A DNA stretch of 63,585 nt, filler included, from Salisapilia sapeloensis CBS 127946 (Eukaryota > Protista > Oomycota): the NCBI GenBank assembly GCA_023334545.1. It is 13 parts of 13 records of this genome, joined end to end, with 100 filler letters (N's around TTAATTAATTAA, not from the genome) between each part and the next. Parts side by side here need not be neighbours in the genome. Positions count along the whole stretch, not along the records: positions 11,185 to 27,703 come from JAADVB010000352.1; positions 27,804 to 43,658 come from JAADVB010000360.1; 11 more parts are not named here. One strand, written 5' to 3'. A program made the position numbers and the translations under genes. Shown here one piece after another: positions 23,665 through 34,945 of this stretch (within the stretch, counting starts at the first letter, position 1; every line of letters starts with the position of its first letter). Below the pieces are notes generated by a model, which did not search any database, was not told where the DNA came from, and saw only the letters and a list, made by a program, of their open reading frames with translations.

Positions 23665-24222
23665 TTAACACAGAAGCGAGGCAAGAACCAAACACGTAGA
23701 TACGCTGAAAGAGAGTGAGTAAACGAAAATGGATCCTGCTCCATCTTCGTCACTTCCGACTTCGCCGTCCAAGCCGGAGCCACTCCCCACAACTCCATCC
23801 ATACTGCCAGATTCACTACCAACAAATCCATCCATACTACCAGATCCAATAGACCCGTCCATCATACTACTTCCTTCTATCGCCGTAGAAATCACCACAT
23901 CTGGGCATATCGCTTTTAAGGGATTAAACAAAAGCGTATACAAAGATTTTTCAGCGTTTGGGAATTTGCAGTCCTCTGGCTGCACTTGCTTCGCATCGCG
24001 TAGAAGCTGGATGCAGGCATCGTTATAACAGAGGTCACCTAGATTGTCAGGGGCCAGTTGACCGAGAGTAATGGACTCGTAGACTTTGGAGGCTTCTGTA
24101 CATCCGCCCTCCCCCTGGCCTTCCAAGAGTGCCGCTAGCTCTTGATATTTACACGCTTGGTCTTGTGCATAGGCCGTTGCTGTCGCAAATACTGCGAAAG
24201 TGACGGCAACTGAACGGAACAT
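23665..24222 (-). CDS. Elicitin-like protein with Gly/Ser linker and probable GPI anchor
   Basis: Signal peptide, six Cys in elicitin-like spacing (C..C..LCYNDAC..DC..C), GSMDGxVGSxS repeats and a hydrophobic C-terminus. Confidence 0.8.
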   Translation of the reverse strand: MFRSVAVTFAVFATATAYAQDQACKYQELAALLEGQGEGGCTEASKVYESITLGQLAPDNLGDLCYNDACIQLLRDAKQVQPEDCKFPNAEKSLYTLLFNPLKAICPDVVISTAIEGSSMMDGSIGSGSMDGFVGSESGSMDGVVGSGSGLDGEVGSDEDGAGSIFVYSLSFSVSTCLVLASLLC

Positions 24223-24486
24223 TGTCACTGATTAAAGTCTTTGAGAGTGTTGTCCAAGGCGAAATTTCAATTATGAACTGCTTGGCAGGGTAGATGAGAT
24301 CTTGATTCAGTTACGTAGAGGTCTAGTAGAGCATCGTATCTGAACGTCTGTGCTGAAAAGACGACTTTTGGAAAATCTTGTTCTTCTATTCCATCTAACT
24401 GCTTCCTGGACACTTCTACCAACGGGCTGTTCAAGTCGTGACATATACAAGGCGAAGATAAAGTGTATTAAGTCTGCCTGGAACTA

Positions 24487-25035
24487 TCATAGACTTAGAG
24501 TAGTCGCGATAAAGATCGAGATTACCGTTCCAATGATAATTTCTCCGCCGACTGGTCGAAGAAGGCACGTTCCAGAATTGCTGCCACGATCAGCCGGAGT
24601 AGGCATACCTTCATCGTCCGTCGTACCAGCGCTAATGACCCATTCAGCAACTGCATTGTCGTTTCGACTTTTGGAAGCAGATCCATTTGAAGCGTCAGCA
24701 GCAGACCGTCGCTTGTCCTCACATATCGCAATGAAGTCGCTCAGACTATACCTCGACGAGAATGGACTGTCGACGTCGCTGCCGACATTGTAGAAGTTTG
24801 CTGCTCTCTTCATTGCGACAACACAGGGGATAGAGGAACAAACTTTTTCGACAGTTTCATCATCCAATGGATCGGTTAGTCCGAATATGTTCAGATGAGT
24901 ATCTCTACTACATGCGATAGTATTTGGATCGGATATGATGATGCTGAGATCTGAGTGAATAGAATCGTGCGTTGCCACCAAGGTGAGGTGAAACATGGCA
25001 CACGTCATATTGAGCAAGCAATAGTAGCTCGGCAT
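24487..25035 (-). CDS. Second, divergent elicitin-like surface protein
   Basis: Hydrophobic N-terminus, CSRDT..VCSSIPC..AIC pattern, Ser/Asp linker and a C-terminal hydrophobic tail; tandem with the previous gene. Confidence 0.55.
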   Translation of the reverse strand: MPSYYCLLNMTCAMFHLTLVATHDSIHSDLSIIISDPNTIACSRDTHLNIFGLTDPLDDETVEKVCSSIPCVVAMKRAANFYNVGSDVDSPFSSRYSLSDFIAICEDKRRSAADASNGSASKSRNDNAVAEWVISAGTTDDEGMPTPADRGSNSGTCLLRPVGGEIIIGTVISIFIATTLSL

Positions 25036-25290
25036 GCCGAATATAGTTTAGCAATCTCAGTTCTAGCTGTCAAAATTTTTTATGGCAAACGTGCTCCTGT
25101 AGCAGTGTGCTCATCGGCGGTATACTCCCCTGCGATTCCATCTCGAAATTATAACATTCAACTATTCGAAAGCTTGTGGCCCAAAACGTGGCGACCGCCA
25201 GATTTCCATATCGTGACCTACAACGGAATTTCCATCCCTATAATCAAAAACTTGTTCTACAACACTACGAACTGTTCATGCCAAAATGAT

Positions 25291-27204
25291 CTATCGCCTA
25301 GTCTGACTGTCCTTTAATTTCTTCGCGCTCGCTTTCGTTCGTTTTCCCTTTCGGGTACGCAGCCGCTCGGCCAAGTTTCCAAGCGTGAGTGTATCATCAT
25401 CATCATCATCCCCATCATCTGACCACATGCCATGCCGTTGTTCACCACGATGGGCAAATTTCAAAAGCTTTCCACGCACCGTTCTTTTTTTTTCCATAGC
25501 TACAGGCTTATTATTACTGACGGGCGGTTTGGATTCGACCTTTACACTGGCCAAGTGAGCTTCACTTTCAGATGTATCACACCTCATCGTTGTAACTTGA
25601 CGACGTGGTAACTCTTCGTTCGGAACGTAAAAGTCATTGATCATCTGCTTCCATGGCTGCTCCCCAGCTAATGCCATCCACTCCTTATCCCACTGGATTG
25701 TTCCGTTGTAGTGAGCATTTGCGATCTGAGCCTTCGCAGCGTCCGACACGTACACGACAGTTTCCTGACGCGTAGCATCGATACCATTCGACTGCACCAT
25801 CATCAGCATGTGCCACCAGACTGAACGATGTCGATGTATGATCGGCGAAAGCCATGGCTCATGGCGTAGATAGGACAAATGCGACTGTAACTCTTCTTCG
25901 GACAAGTCATTCAACGAAATATGTCGCTTGAGAAAGAAAAACGCATTGGCAGCATCCGGTGAACACATTTCACGAGCAACACATTCAATACCCAACGTCT
26001 CAATGTAGTCGCTTAGCAGCGTCGCCTGTCGTCGCAACATTTCCGTCTTCCGCCGTTGGATCGACCTTCGTTCTACCAAGTTTGTCGGATGGTAGTACGC
26101 AATCTCGAGAAACAATGATGCGAAGGTATTCCAGTACCTCTCATGCTTGTCAGCCAGTGTCTGGTGCCGCCGTTTGGGAAAGATGAGAAAGCAGTCTGGG
26201 AAATGATGTGATCTACCTACCACCGGCCAGCGTACAGTGGACGACCCCAATTCTCTCTTGACACGATCTCTCAGTTCTCGATTGACATCAAACGGGGCTG
26301 CCTTAGGCCGTATGTGAGACTTGGGTGATGCAGGAGCTACAGATCTGGCTCTCTGGCTCAGTTCTTCTGCTCGAAGACTCAGAAGAGTCTTCTGGATGTC
26401 AGAATATTCTAGACACCTATCCTGTTTATCCTCATACGAGTCGCTGCTATCTATGCGTACGACTGTCGTCTTGGTTACCATTGGCTCATCATCGGTTTTC
26501 TGACGTTTTGCAGGTGGAGAGACATTGGCAGTGCCTTGATTCTGGTCACTAGAATCTAAAGATGCATCATCCGTCACCTCGACGTATCGTTTTGACTTTT
26601 TACTCCCGCCATCTAAAGCTATGGATGCCTCTGGATTGTTGTCTGTATCTTCGTTGATAGATAGTGAGGGTACGATCGGAGGTACTTGCGCGGGCTCAGG
26701 ATAAACGGTAAGAGAGTGAGGTGCTGGCATTTCTTCTTCATTGAGGTCACCATTGTCATCCATGGGTGGAGCAAGGATGATTGGTCCTTCTTTGAAGATA
26801 TCGCCGATGGAAGCATTTGACTCGCCAAACGCATTGCTAACGAGTAGATCCAATCCTCTTATATTGGAGCACTGCATATACTTCAGTAGTACACTTCGCA
26901 GCCGATGATAGAACTCGGTATAACTTTCCATCCGCTTATTCCAAGGTCCGTCCAATCCCTTCGTGGCATGCGCTCGTTGTTTCTCCATCCAGTTATTATC
27001 TTTTTGTTCCATCATCCTGTCAGCTGTTGGGTGCTGTTGTTTTGCTGTAGGCCCCTTGAGATCGTTCATGGACGCTTGAGATATACTTCGTTTCCTGATA
27101 TGAGGTGGTAACCTCCTTTGTCCGCTCAAATGGCCATTGCTCTGGGTGCTTGTACCTCGTTCTCTTCTAGATGACCTCGTAAAGTAGGTTTGGCTGCCTT
27201 CCAT
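25291..27204 (-). CDS. Hypothetical protein (637 aa), largely disordered with a central Trp-rich globular region
   Basis: Long open ORF with basic NLS-like patches; no recognisable family. Upstream exons may extend to ~27441. Confidence 0.7.
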   Translation of the reverse strand: MEGSQTYFTRSSRRERGTSTQSNGHLSGQRRLPPHIRKRSISQASMNDLKGPTAKQQHPTADRMMEQKDNNWMEKQRAHATKGLDGPWNKRMESYTEFYHRLRSVLLKYMQCSNIRGLDLLVSNAFGESNASIGDIFKEGPIILAPPMDDNGDLNEEEMPAPHSLTVYPEPAQVPPIVPSLSINEDTDNNPEASIALDGGSKKSKRYVEVTDDASLDSSDQNQGTANVSPPAKRQKTDDEPMVTKTTVVRIDSSDSYEDKQDRCLEYSDIQKTLLSLRAEELSQRARSVAPASPKSHIRPKAAPFDVNRELRDRVKRELGSSTVRWPVVGRSHHFPDCFLIFPKRRHQTLADKHERYWNTFASLFLEIAYYHPTNLVERRSIQRRKTEMLRRQATLLSDYIETLGIECVAREMCSPDAANAFFFLKRHISLNDLSEEELQSHLSYLRHEPWLSPIIHRHRSVWWHMLMMVQSNGIDATRQETVVYVSDAAKAQIANAHYNGTIQWDKEWMALAGEQPWKQMINDFYVPNEELPRRQVTTMRCDTSESEAHLASVKVESKPPVSNNKPVAMEKKRTVRGKLLKFAHRGEQRHGMWSDDGDDDDDDTLTLGNLAERLRTRKGKRTKASAKKLKDSQTRR

Positions 27205-27475
27205 AACACGAGACGAGTATTCGATGAATTGGAGTCACTTGAGAACAGTCTAGTTGAGCTGAATGTCGATATGCAAAGCTGGACTTGTCGCCTCAGCCTT
27301 CTCACCACACTTTCGTCCGCCGTCTGAGACTGATTCGGTCAAAACGATCTGCGTGACGCGTTGTTGAAGTGGTGTGAAAGGTTGTAGAGCTACTGGTATC
27401 TTGGATACAACTAGGTATGGTCGCTTCGTGTTCTGCTGCATGATCCGCTAGACTTATATAAGAAAATATTACGGC

Positions 27476-27703
27476 ACATGTCGTGTCATGATAACTTTAT
27501 GAACCAAGTGCTTCACATGATTTGCATTTGGCCGATCCTTATCACGGCAATGATGCTGATGACCGAGTCTGGGCCGCTGGCACCAACACCGGACTTTATC
27601 AAGGACTTGCCGTTCGGAGACCTGATCGTGCTCAACATCGCCGCACCGCTTGCAGCCATATACATGGTCTGGTACATTGTGCTGGACCCGATGGCAGGAT
27701 GTC
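27476..27703 (+). pseudogene. 5'-truncated inverted duplicate of the Mpo1/DUF962 gene
   Basis: 228-nt reverse-complement match to 11185-11412 with 5 mismatches, all transitions. It lacks the first ~16 codons and changes the conserved SYH to SCH. Confidence 0.8.
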
Positions 27704-27803
27704 NNNNNNNNNNNNNNNNNNNNNNNNNNNNNNNNNNNNNNNNNNNNTTAATTAATTAANNNNNNNNNNNNNNNNNNNNNNNNNNNNNNNNNNNNNNNNN
27801 NNN

Positions 27804-27996
27804 CTGGCCGAGATTGCTCGAGATCCTTAGCACACAAAGTCTTTCGGCTCCACCGAGCGGAGGCGTTTTGGTTTTTAGGCTTGAATGTCGCCGTATCACT
27901 GACTGCATCGGTAGTGGCAAGATAGACGAAGCTCACAAGTACCAGCAACTGGGCAATAGCGCTCCGCAGGCTCTGTCTTTTCACAGAGGTTCTCAT
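27804..27996 (-). CDS. 5' end of a probable secreted or membrane protein (truncated by contig end)
   Basis: MRTSVKRQSLRSAIAQLLVLVSFVYLATTDA is signal-peptide-like; CCAAT boxes lie upstream at ~28131. Confidence 0.4.
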
Positions 27997-28351
27997 CGTC
28001 TACCTCTTACCTCCACCGATATCTATTGGTGTTTGGTGGAAAAAGTGAGCGTGGTAGCTGCGTGATGTTCAGCAGGAGCGCTCTAGTCTAAAACCTCGAG
28101 ATTGATTCTCATTCTGAGTTGTGAAGTCATTGATTGGTCAGATATTGATCCAAGCTACCCCATGGACGAATTTTAAGCGAGACCGGTAGGCATTTCAGCG
28201 TTTGATTAGCAAAAGTCGATAGCATCATAGTTTGTTAAGCTGTCAGGGACCAGTTGCCATGCCAAAGCACGACGACTTTTTCCATTAAGCATGGACACCG
28301 TCCTCTCCCTTCTGACCTACGTGGTAATTTGGACACTTTGTTTATGCATCA

Positions 28352-29028
28352 ATGATGTACTTTGGCAAGATGAAGCAAGATGAACTCAAGGAAATGAGAG
28401 AGACGATACAGGAAATAATGCCAGCGCTGTTTACAGAACAGAAGAGCTTACTCCGGGAAGCAGCCGCCGAACCGGCGCTGTCGAACGTTGACTTTGTCGA
28501 GGACAAGTAGGAATAGATCGGTGACATGTGTCAGCGTCTTTGAACAATGGCAGTTTCTGCTACAAGCTCATGCGATGGGACTTGAATCCACTGGGGCAGC
28601 ACAAGATAAACCAGACTTTGTATGCAGAAATGAATTAAAACTCGGTGTTCATGCACACGAAAGAAGCGTTTCGGCTTGTAGGTAAGGAGTGCAGCGGGTC
28701 GATTGAAAAGGATGAGGTTGAAGGCATGCTGCGGAATATCATGTTCGTGGTCTCGCAGACCGGAGCAATGTAGGACGAGCAGGTTGCAGATTACCTCAAC
28801 AAGTTCATGTCGGTCGTGGATAGAGTTAATGACGGATGAATGTCTTTATCCGAGTTCTTGAGTGCTCTCGAGGACGGATTACAGTTTGAAACGTCCATCT
28901 ATCAGTGTGAGACACCCGAGACATTCAAACTCACGGAAGCTGCCGAGACGGAGACCGGACCGGACACCTTGGATATATTGAACACACCGAATCCACCGCC
29001 GACTCCAGTGGTGGAGGAAGAACCATGA
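28352..29028 (+). pseudogene. EF-hand protein pseudogene
   Basis: EAFRLVGKECSGSIEKDEVEGML...GAM*DEQVADYL...DRVNDG*MSLSEFLSAL: two degenerate EF-hands interrupted by in-frame TAG/TGA, with more stops upstream. Confidence 0.7.
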
Positions 29029-30333
29029 AATGGAGAGATCACAATACCACGCAGTTACCACCTCCAACGAGCAGCGAAATAGACTCAATAGAGGGTCAAA
29101 GGTACTAAAAATCCTGCTTAAATTGAAGCTCTGCCTATGCTTAGTTGTATGCACAAATATTGTTTATGCTCAAGATAAACTCAAGCCACCGTCGGAGGTG
29201 GCTTAAAATAAGGTCAAGTACTGCAGACCAGGATTCATTTAAAACTATCCCTCCAAAAGTGTCCAGGACCGAAGCGGGACTAGGAAACAGGATCGATGTA
29301 GGACGTAAACAAAGCAAACTATGTGTTTTATGAGTGGTTGCAAACGGGTTCTGTGGGAGTCATTTACAACCCAAAATCTCTCTGACGAGGCACCAGAATG
29401 CTGGAATAAAAACACACCTGGTCACCACAACCGAGACACTAGTGACTCCATGCAACTACCAAAGGATGATAACGACAGGTACAGACCATACAGATAGCCT
29501 TCACTAACCCGATTTATTTCTCACGATGTATCTGCTAGGCTACGGCTGTAGACGTGGATGTCGCATTATAGAGCCGCGGGTACCTCATGGTGGTCACTGC
29601 AGATTACCATGAGTATATATTTAGGATAATGCACGCGGCAGATAGTTGAAAGAGTACGTTAAGTGCCATCAAGAGTGCAAAGGAGGATGAAACATATATA
29701 ATTGCACTTAGCTAGCGCATTCGAGAGAGGCTTCGCTTTTACAAAAAGAGGCGAAGCAGTCTTTGCATAACACACAACATATAGTTCGACTTATCTATGC
29801 AATACAATCACGTTATTATGACCAGTGCTCCCGAATGGTATCATAACTGCTACCATTTTTAGTTGTCTACATTAAGCTTCTATAGCAGTAGACATAATAC
29901 AACATACTGCAAACTTATAATAATAACTGTTCACATATATTGGAGTGTTCTACTTGGGTTGTGTACCAACCCTAGGCCGAGCATTTCCAAATCATTTCCA
30001 ATTTTACGCACCATGCTGTCGATTCGGGGTCAGTGCTGTCGAAGAGGACTGCAGTACTTAGCCGATTCTACGTCAGCACTTAGCTTGTCGGACTTGGAAT
30101 TCTGTCTAGCTCATGAGATATATTCCCGCGCCTTTTCATAAATTACCATGAATCTTACTGTGTATTGGAGGGACTTTGGTCCTGAATTGATCCTGGTTTG
30201 CAGCACCTGCCTGTAATTTTCCCATAAAGTTATTTTACTATTTTTTGTATTTCTACCTAAATTTCGATAATTCGACGCTTCATTCCCCGTACCACCACCG
30301 CCACACTACTTGTCCACACAAAAAGTGATCGAA

Positions 30334-31785
30334 ATGGTGTCGACAAGAGCGCTGACCACCGCCGGTGCAGTGGCTTTTGCCGCTATGGCCATCGTGATGA
30401 TGCGCAAGAAGCAAATCAAGAAGAACCAACCGTATCCGATGTACCGGACGCCTTTGCAGCGACTTCCGCTGTCTGAAATGCCCCGATTAAAAAATGATCT
30501 GCTCTTGCGAGCTTTTCGAGGCGAAAAAACGGAGCGTGTGCCAGTGTGGTGCATGCGCCAAGCTGGGCGGTATGCTATATAACATTCTAGCTCGTTCATG
30601 GCCATTTATATTGAATGCATATCTTATGGTCGGACATGGTACATAGGCATTTGCCTGAATTCCGTGCCTTGCGTGATGCTGGCTATGACTTTTTCACGGT
30701 ACTTTCCATTCAAACTAGCGAGTTGCATCACCGGATTATTCACTCGCTACGATAGATGTGTGAAGTTCCGGAATTAGCTGTCGAAGTGAGTCTGCAGCCC
30801 TTCCGACGATACCATACGGACGCCGTCATCATCTTCTCCGACATCCTCGTTGTCCTGCAGGTACGTGGCTCTGACTAAAGTATTTTTAAAGCTGAAGTTT
30901 ACGCATTTCACTTTAGGCGATGGGTATGAAAGTGAAAATGGTATCCGGAGTCGGCCCAGTTCTCCCCTTTCCAGTTCGAGACCCAGCCGACATGGCGTCC
31001 CTAAACCTCAATCCTGACATTGAGCAGTCTCTCGGATATGTTCTCGATGCTCTGAACCTTGCCCGTCAACAATTGCGTGGGGCTGTCCCTGTCATCGGCT
31101 TCTGCGGTGGCCCGCTCACGCTCTTGTGTTACATGATCGAAGGAGGCGGTAGTCGAACGAAAGCCAAGCTTAAGACCTTCCTCTACAATGTACGTCGACT
31201 GCATTTTTTACAAAATACTGCTATTTACACTTTGTGTAGTACCCAGAAGCTGCGCACCAATTGCTGGATGCCGTCGCGACTACCTGTGCGAACTTCTTAA
31301 TCGCTCAGCAGCAAGCTGGTGCCCAAGCTCTGCAGGTCTTTGAGACAGTGGCTGCGGAAGCAGTCACTCGTGAGCACTTTTACACCTTTGTCTTCCCGTA
31401 CTTGAAGTTGATTGCCGCCAAGGTGAAGAAGGCGTGCCCCACGACGCCTATCATTTGCTTTTCTAAAGGAACCTCGTACGCGTACTCCAAGCTCGCTCAA
31501 GAGACCGAGTACGACTGCCTTGGACTGGACTGGCAGTCGGACCCGGCAGAGGTGCGTGAGCAAGTGGGCGACAAGGTGTCACTGCAGGGTAACATGGACT
31601 CAAGTGCGATCTATGCGTCCCCCGACACGATCCGCACCGAAGTGAAGAAGATGCTCCGGGCGTTTGGTACGCAAAAGTACGTTGCGAACCTTGGCCACGG
31701 CTGCTTCCCAGACATGGATCCGGCCCACGTGAACGCTTTTATCAAGGCTGTGCAAGAGGTCTCGCTTGAAATGAACGCCTACTAG
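30334..31785 (+). CDS. UROD: Uroporphyrinogen III decarboxylase (5 exons) with a hydrophobic N-terminal extension
   Basis: [59 protein letters not shown]. Introns at ~30570, 30699, 30861 and 31189. Confidence 0.96.
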
Positions 31786-31833
31786 GCTGACAAAAGACAT
31801 GAATGCAATGTTTTTCGAGCAGCAAAAAGTGAT

Positions 31834-32766
31834 CTATGTATCTTCTACTTTTATTGGAGGCACTTGCAAAGCTTTGGCGAATACTGCCAATGTTTCAGTA
31901 ATGCTTTCCATTCGTTCCCATTGCTCTTGCTCCATAGCAGCATGTTTCTCCTTCATCGTACGAGCCACAGCTTGCTGACACTCGTTCGCATCTTCCACGC
32001 GTCCAATCCTCTTCTCGAGATACTGAACATTGGATGCACAGGTATCTCGATGACCTTCTACCTGATCGTATAGACGCACTTGTTGAGCTTTGAGTGTGTT
32101 GATAGCTTCGCCAACGAGCTCTAAATCTTCGAACCGGTCGCGAGATTGCTCTTCCAACAATTTCGTTTGGCGTTCGGTGTCTTCGCTTAGTTGCTGTAGC
32201 TGTTCCTTTGCTTGTGCAGTATGTTGCTCGCACTCGAGACGAAGACTAGTGTACTCTTCTTCGGCGCTTGACAACTTGCAAGTAAAGTCCATTTTAGTAT
32301 CGTGTAGTCGTTCATTCATATCGGCCATGTCTCGCTGGAGTTGCTGCATCCATTCGACATGGCGTCCATGTGTCGCCTTGAGCATTTCATTATCCTTTCC
32401 CCAATGCCGTTCCTTCATACTCCATAGCTCCACCGTCCGCTTCAACTGCATCACTTCCTCATTCATCTCTTTCTGAGCTTCCTTCTGTCGAACACAATCT
32501 GCGTCTAATTCGTACAGTTGCCGATGTGTTTCTTTGCGAAGGCTATCGACCTCGTGTAATAAGACATCCGACAGCGTGTCGAAAGCATGCTTGAGTGCCT
32601 TCACTTGTGACGTCAGAAACTCAAACGTGGCTTGCGACTCGACTTCCAATGTCAACTGGTCCGCAGCACTCTTTTGTAGCTCTTTTACTGCCCGCTGGAG
32701 CTGGTGCATATCTGACAAGGGTTTTTTCGTCTTCGCCGACTTGGATACGGTTGTCGCGGTCGCCAT
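31834..32766 (-). CDS. Coiled-coil hypothetical protein
   Basis: ~310-aa ORF, heptad-rich E/Q/L/K composition throughout; family not recognised. Confidence 0.7.
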   Translation of the reverse strand: MATATTVSKSAKTKKPLSDMHQLQRAVKELQKSAADQLTLEVESQATFEFLTSQVKALKHAFDTLSDVLLHEVDSLRKETHRQLYELDADCVRQKEAQKEMNEEVMQLKRTVELWSMKERHWGKDNEMLKATHGRHVEWMQQLQRDMADMNERLHDTKMDFTCKLSSAEEEYTSLRLECEQHTAQAKEQLQQLSEDTERQTKLLEEQSRDRFEDLELVGEAINTLKAQQVRLYDQVEGHRDTCASNVQYLEKRIGRVEDANECQQAVARTMKEKHAAMEQEQWERMESITETLAVFAKALQVPPIKVEDT

Positions 32767-32949
32767 GACAGACAAGATGAACTAGATACTCGAGAATGAC
32801 TTCAACAAAGTGACCGTTCGAGACAAGTTGGCAGTCGTTACATCTTGATGCGTGTAGTAGACATCCGTAACTTGTAGATGCAAGAATAAAGGGCAAGGAA
32901 TAGGAAGGACGATGTCATAAGGTAGATTACGCGTGTCACTAGCTCCTTA

Positions 32950-34657
32950 CTAGGTGTATCGTAGACCGTAGTCATCCTCATGAATTAAAATCGACGCAGC
33001 TTCCTTATCTTCCGCAGAAGTAGTAGTCGCTTCCCCATCCGGATCCTTCTCCGACTGATACAACGCCTTGCCAATGAGCAGCACGGCGAAGGCTAGGACG
33101 TCCACTGGTACAGAAGCTGGGAGCCAATTCCGAAAACCATCGGTGAGACTCACGCCGCCAATGTCGTCTGGATCCAGTTGGTACGTCGCCAGAATACCAA
33201 AGGAAAGTGCAAACCCGATGAGTGTCGAGCCATTAAGTACAGAGACACCTGTGAGAGTGATCACTTGCACCATGAGCATATTCATCGCCACGTTACTCGC
33301 CATATATGCCACGAGGATTAGAAATCCATACTACTCCATGTTAGCGAATTATTTTCATCAATTGGAAATGAAAAAAAGTACTTGGCAATGGTCCGTGGAT
33401 ATGTCGCTATGGCCGCTGATGAGGCACTGGAGTCCACTGCCTTTTTGGTCGAGATGGAGTGTCTGGTGTAGGATAGAGTGAGTTTGACGTGAAGAAGCAA
33501 ACGAGTACAACAAATTACCTCGACATCAAAGAAAATCGGAGCAAGGACCAGTCCCATGATGAATTGGTTCAGCGCCACCCAGGCGTTGAGATAGACCGGG
33601 TCCAACGGTCTGTCTCGGATAGTACGCTCTTTATAGAGCATCGAGAGAGAGCCTGGCACAGACGCCAATAAGTAGACGAGGCTAGACAGTAGTTAGGACT
33701 GAATTGACTAGGTGCGAATACAAAGAGAGGAACCTGTTCCACCCTGCTTCACGGTCGTTAAAGTCATCTTGTCGGATACTAACGGCATGCTGTCACGTCG
33801 AGTCAAGTAGAAGATAGATCGAAAAGCATACTCATCCAAAGACGGTAGTAAGGTGACGATGAGGCCACATGTGATGACCGTGATACCTAATGTCTGTATC
33901 CTCGAGTACCTACACAGTCGTTCATTAGTACATGTAGACTAGGAGAGGTACAAATTGTCCAGTACCTCGTGCTAAAAAAGATGCAGGACAATAATGCTGT
34001 GACAGGAATGTTTGCCTGCAGAAAGAATAGCGTTTGCGTTGGGACCGTTCTTCCTCCAGCGATAAATAGCATCATCGTCTATATTCGGTCATCAGCTTCA
34101 CGCCAGTACATCTTGTCTAGAGAGCAAGGTACATGGATGAGGTCCAGGATGCCCATGACGAAGAAGTGAATCTTTGGAAAGTCACTCGACTCATCTTCCA
34201 TATAATCCTACGACGAGTCATTAAAGCTTAGTACAAGTCGACTACTATGGACGGTAATGGATATGGCATACGGCGTGGGAACTCCGGTATCCTTGTAGTA
34301 TGAACAGTGGAGGTATGTACAAAAATGTCATCAACTGACATAAAAAGTATCTACATCACACGATTCAATACGGATGCAATATACGCACAGATACATAAGG
34401 AAGACAAGAGCAGCATACCTGTAGGATTCCATCCGATCGACCATCACCTTGAAGATGATCCGTTCGGATGCCATGGATAGCACCAAAGCGATCAATACGG
34501 CAAACACCAATAGCGACTAGTTTTCCAAATACGTTATCGAGTGCTTTTCATTGAAGCATGTAACACGATCAAAGCTCACCTTGCGTGAGCAGATATGATA
34601 CGGCTTGCCAGTCCACTGGTCCGTGCCAAGACTTACGAACGGTGTATTGATACCCAT
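32950..34657 (-). CDS. CRT-like (chloroquine resistance transporter family / DMT) membrane transporter, many small exons
   Basis: Spliced pieces read SERIIFKVMVDRMESY, FPKIHFFVMGILDLI, QTLFFLQANIPVTALLS..F..TRY, SMLYKE...DPVYLNAWVALNQF, and many TM helices. Confidence 0.7.
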
Positions 34658-34945
34658 ACTCGCTTAGTCTCAAAAGCACTATCGTCCGCTTCTTCCACTG
34701 GTAATCGGTCAACGTAGTCTACGCTGCTGGAAGTACTTTAATCGGTATCAAGCGATATTAATCTCAAGTGACTTCCCCGTCCGTGATCTCGGTCGAGCTC
34801 ATCATATTCCATCAAGTACGATTATGTTCAATTAAGTTCGAACATGCTAGAAGGCATGAAACGGACACGATCCTGAACGGACGCACTTTCTACGTGAAGC
34901 TACCACTAGGTACGGGCCATTGCGTTGGTTTCTTGGGAAAGTGGT

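Noticed and set aside
28352-29028. Stop-codon reassignment or readthrough suggested by in-frame stops
   Set aside because: TAG, TGA and TAA all terminate intact genes in this window, and the stops here are mixed and accompanied by degenerate EF loops.
29183-29204. Perfect hairpin AAGCCACC-N6-GGTGGCTT as a Helitron 3' end or terminator
   Set aside because: There is no CTRR terminus at the expected distance on either strand, and an isolated 8-bp stem can occur by chance.
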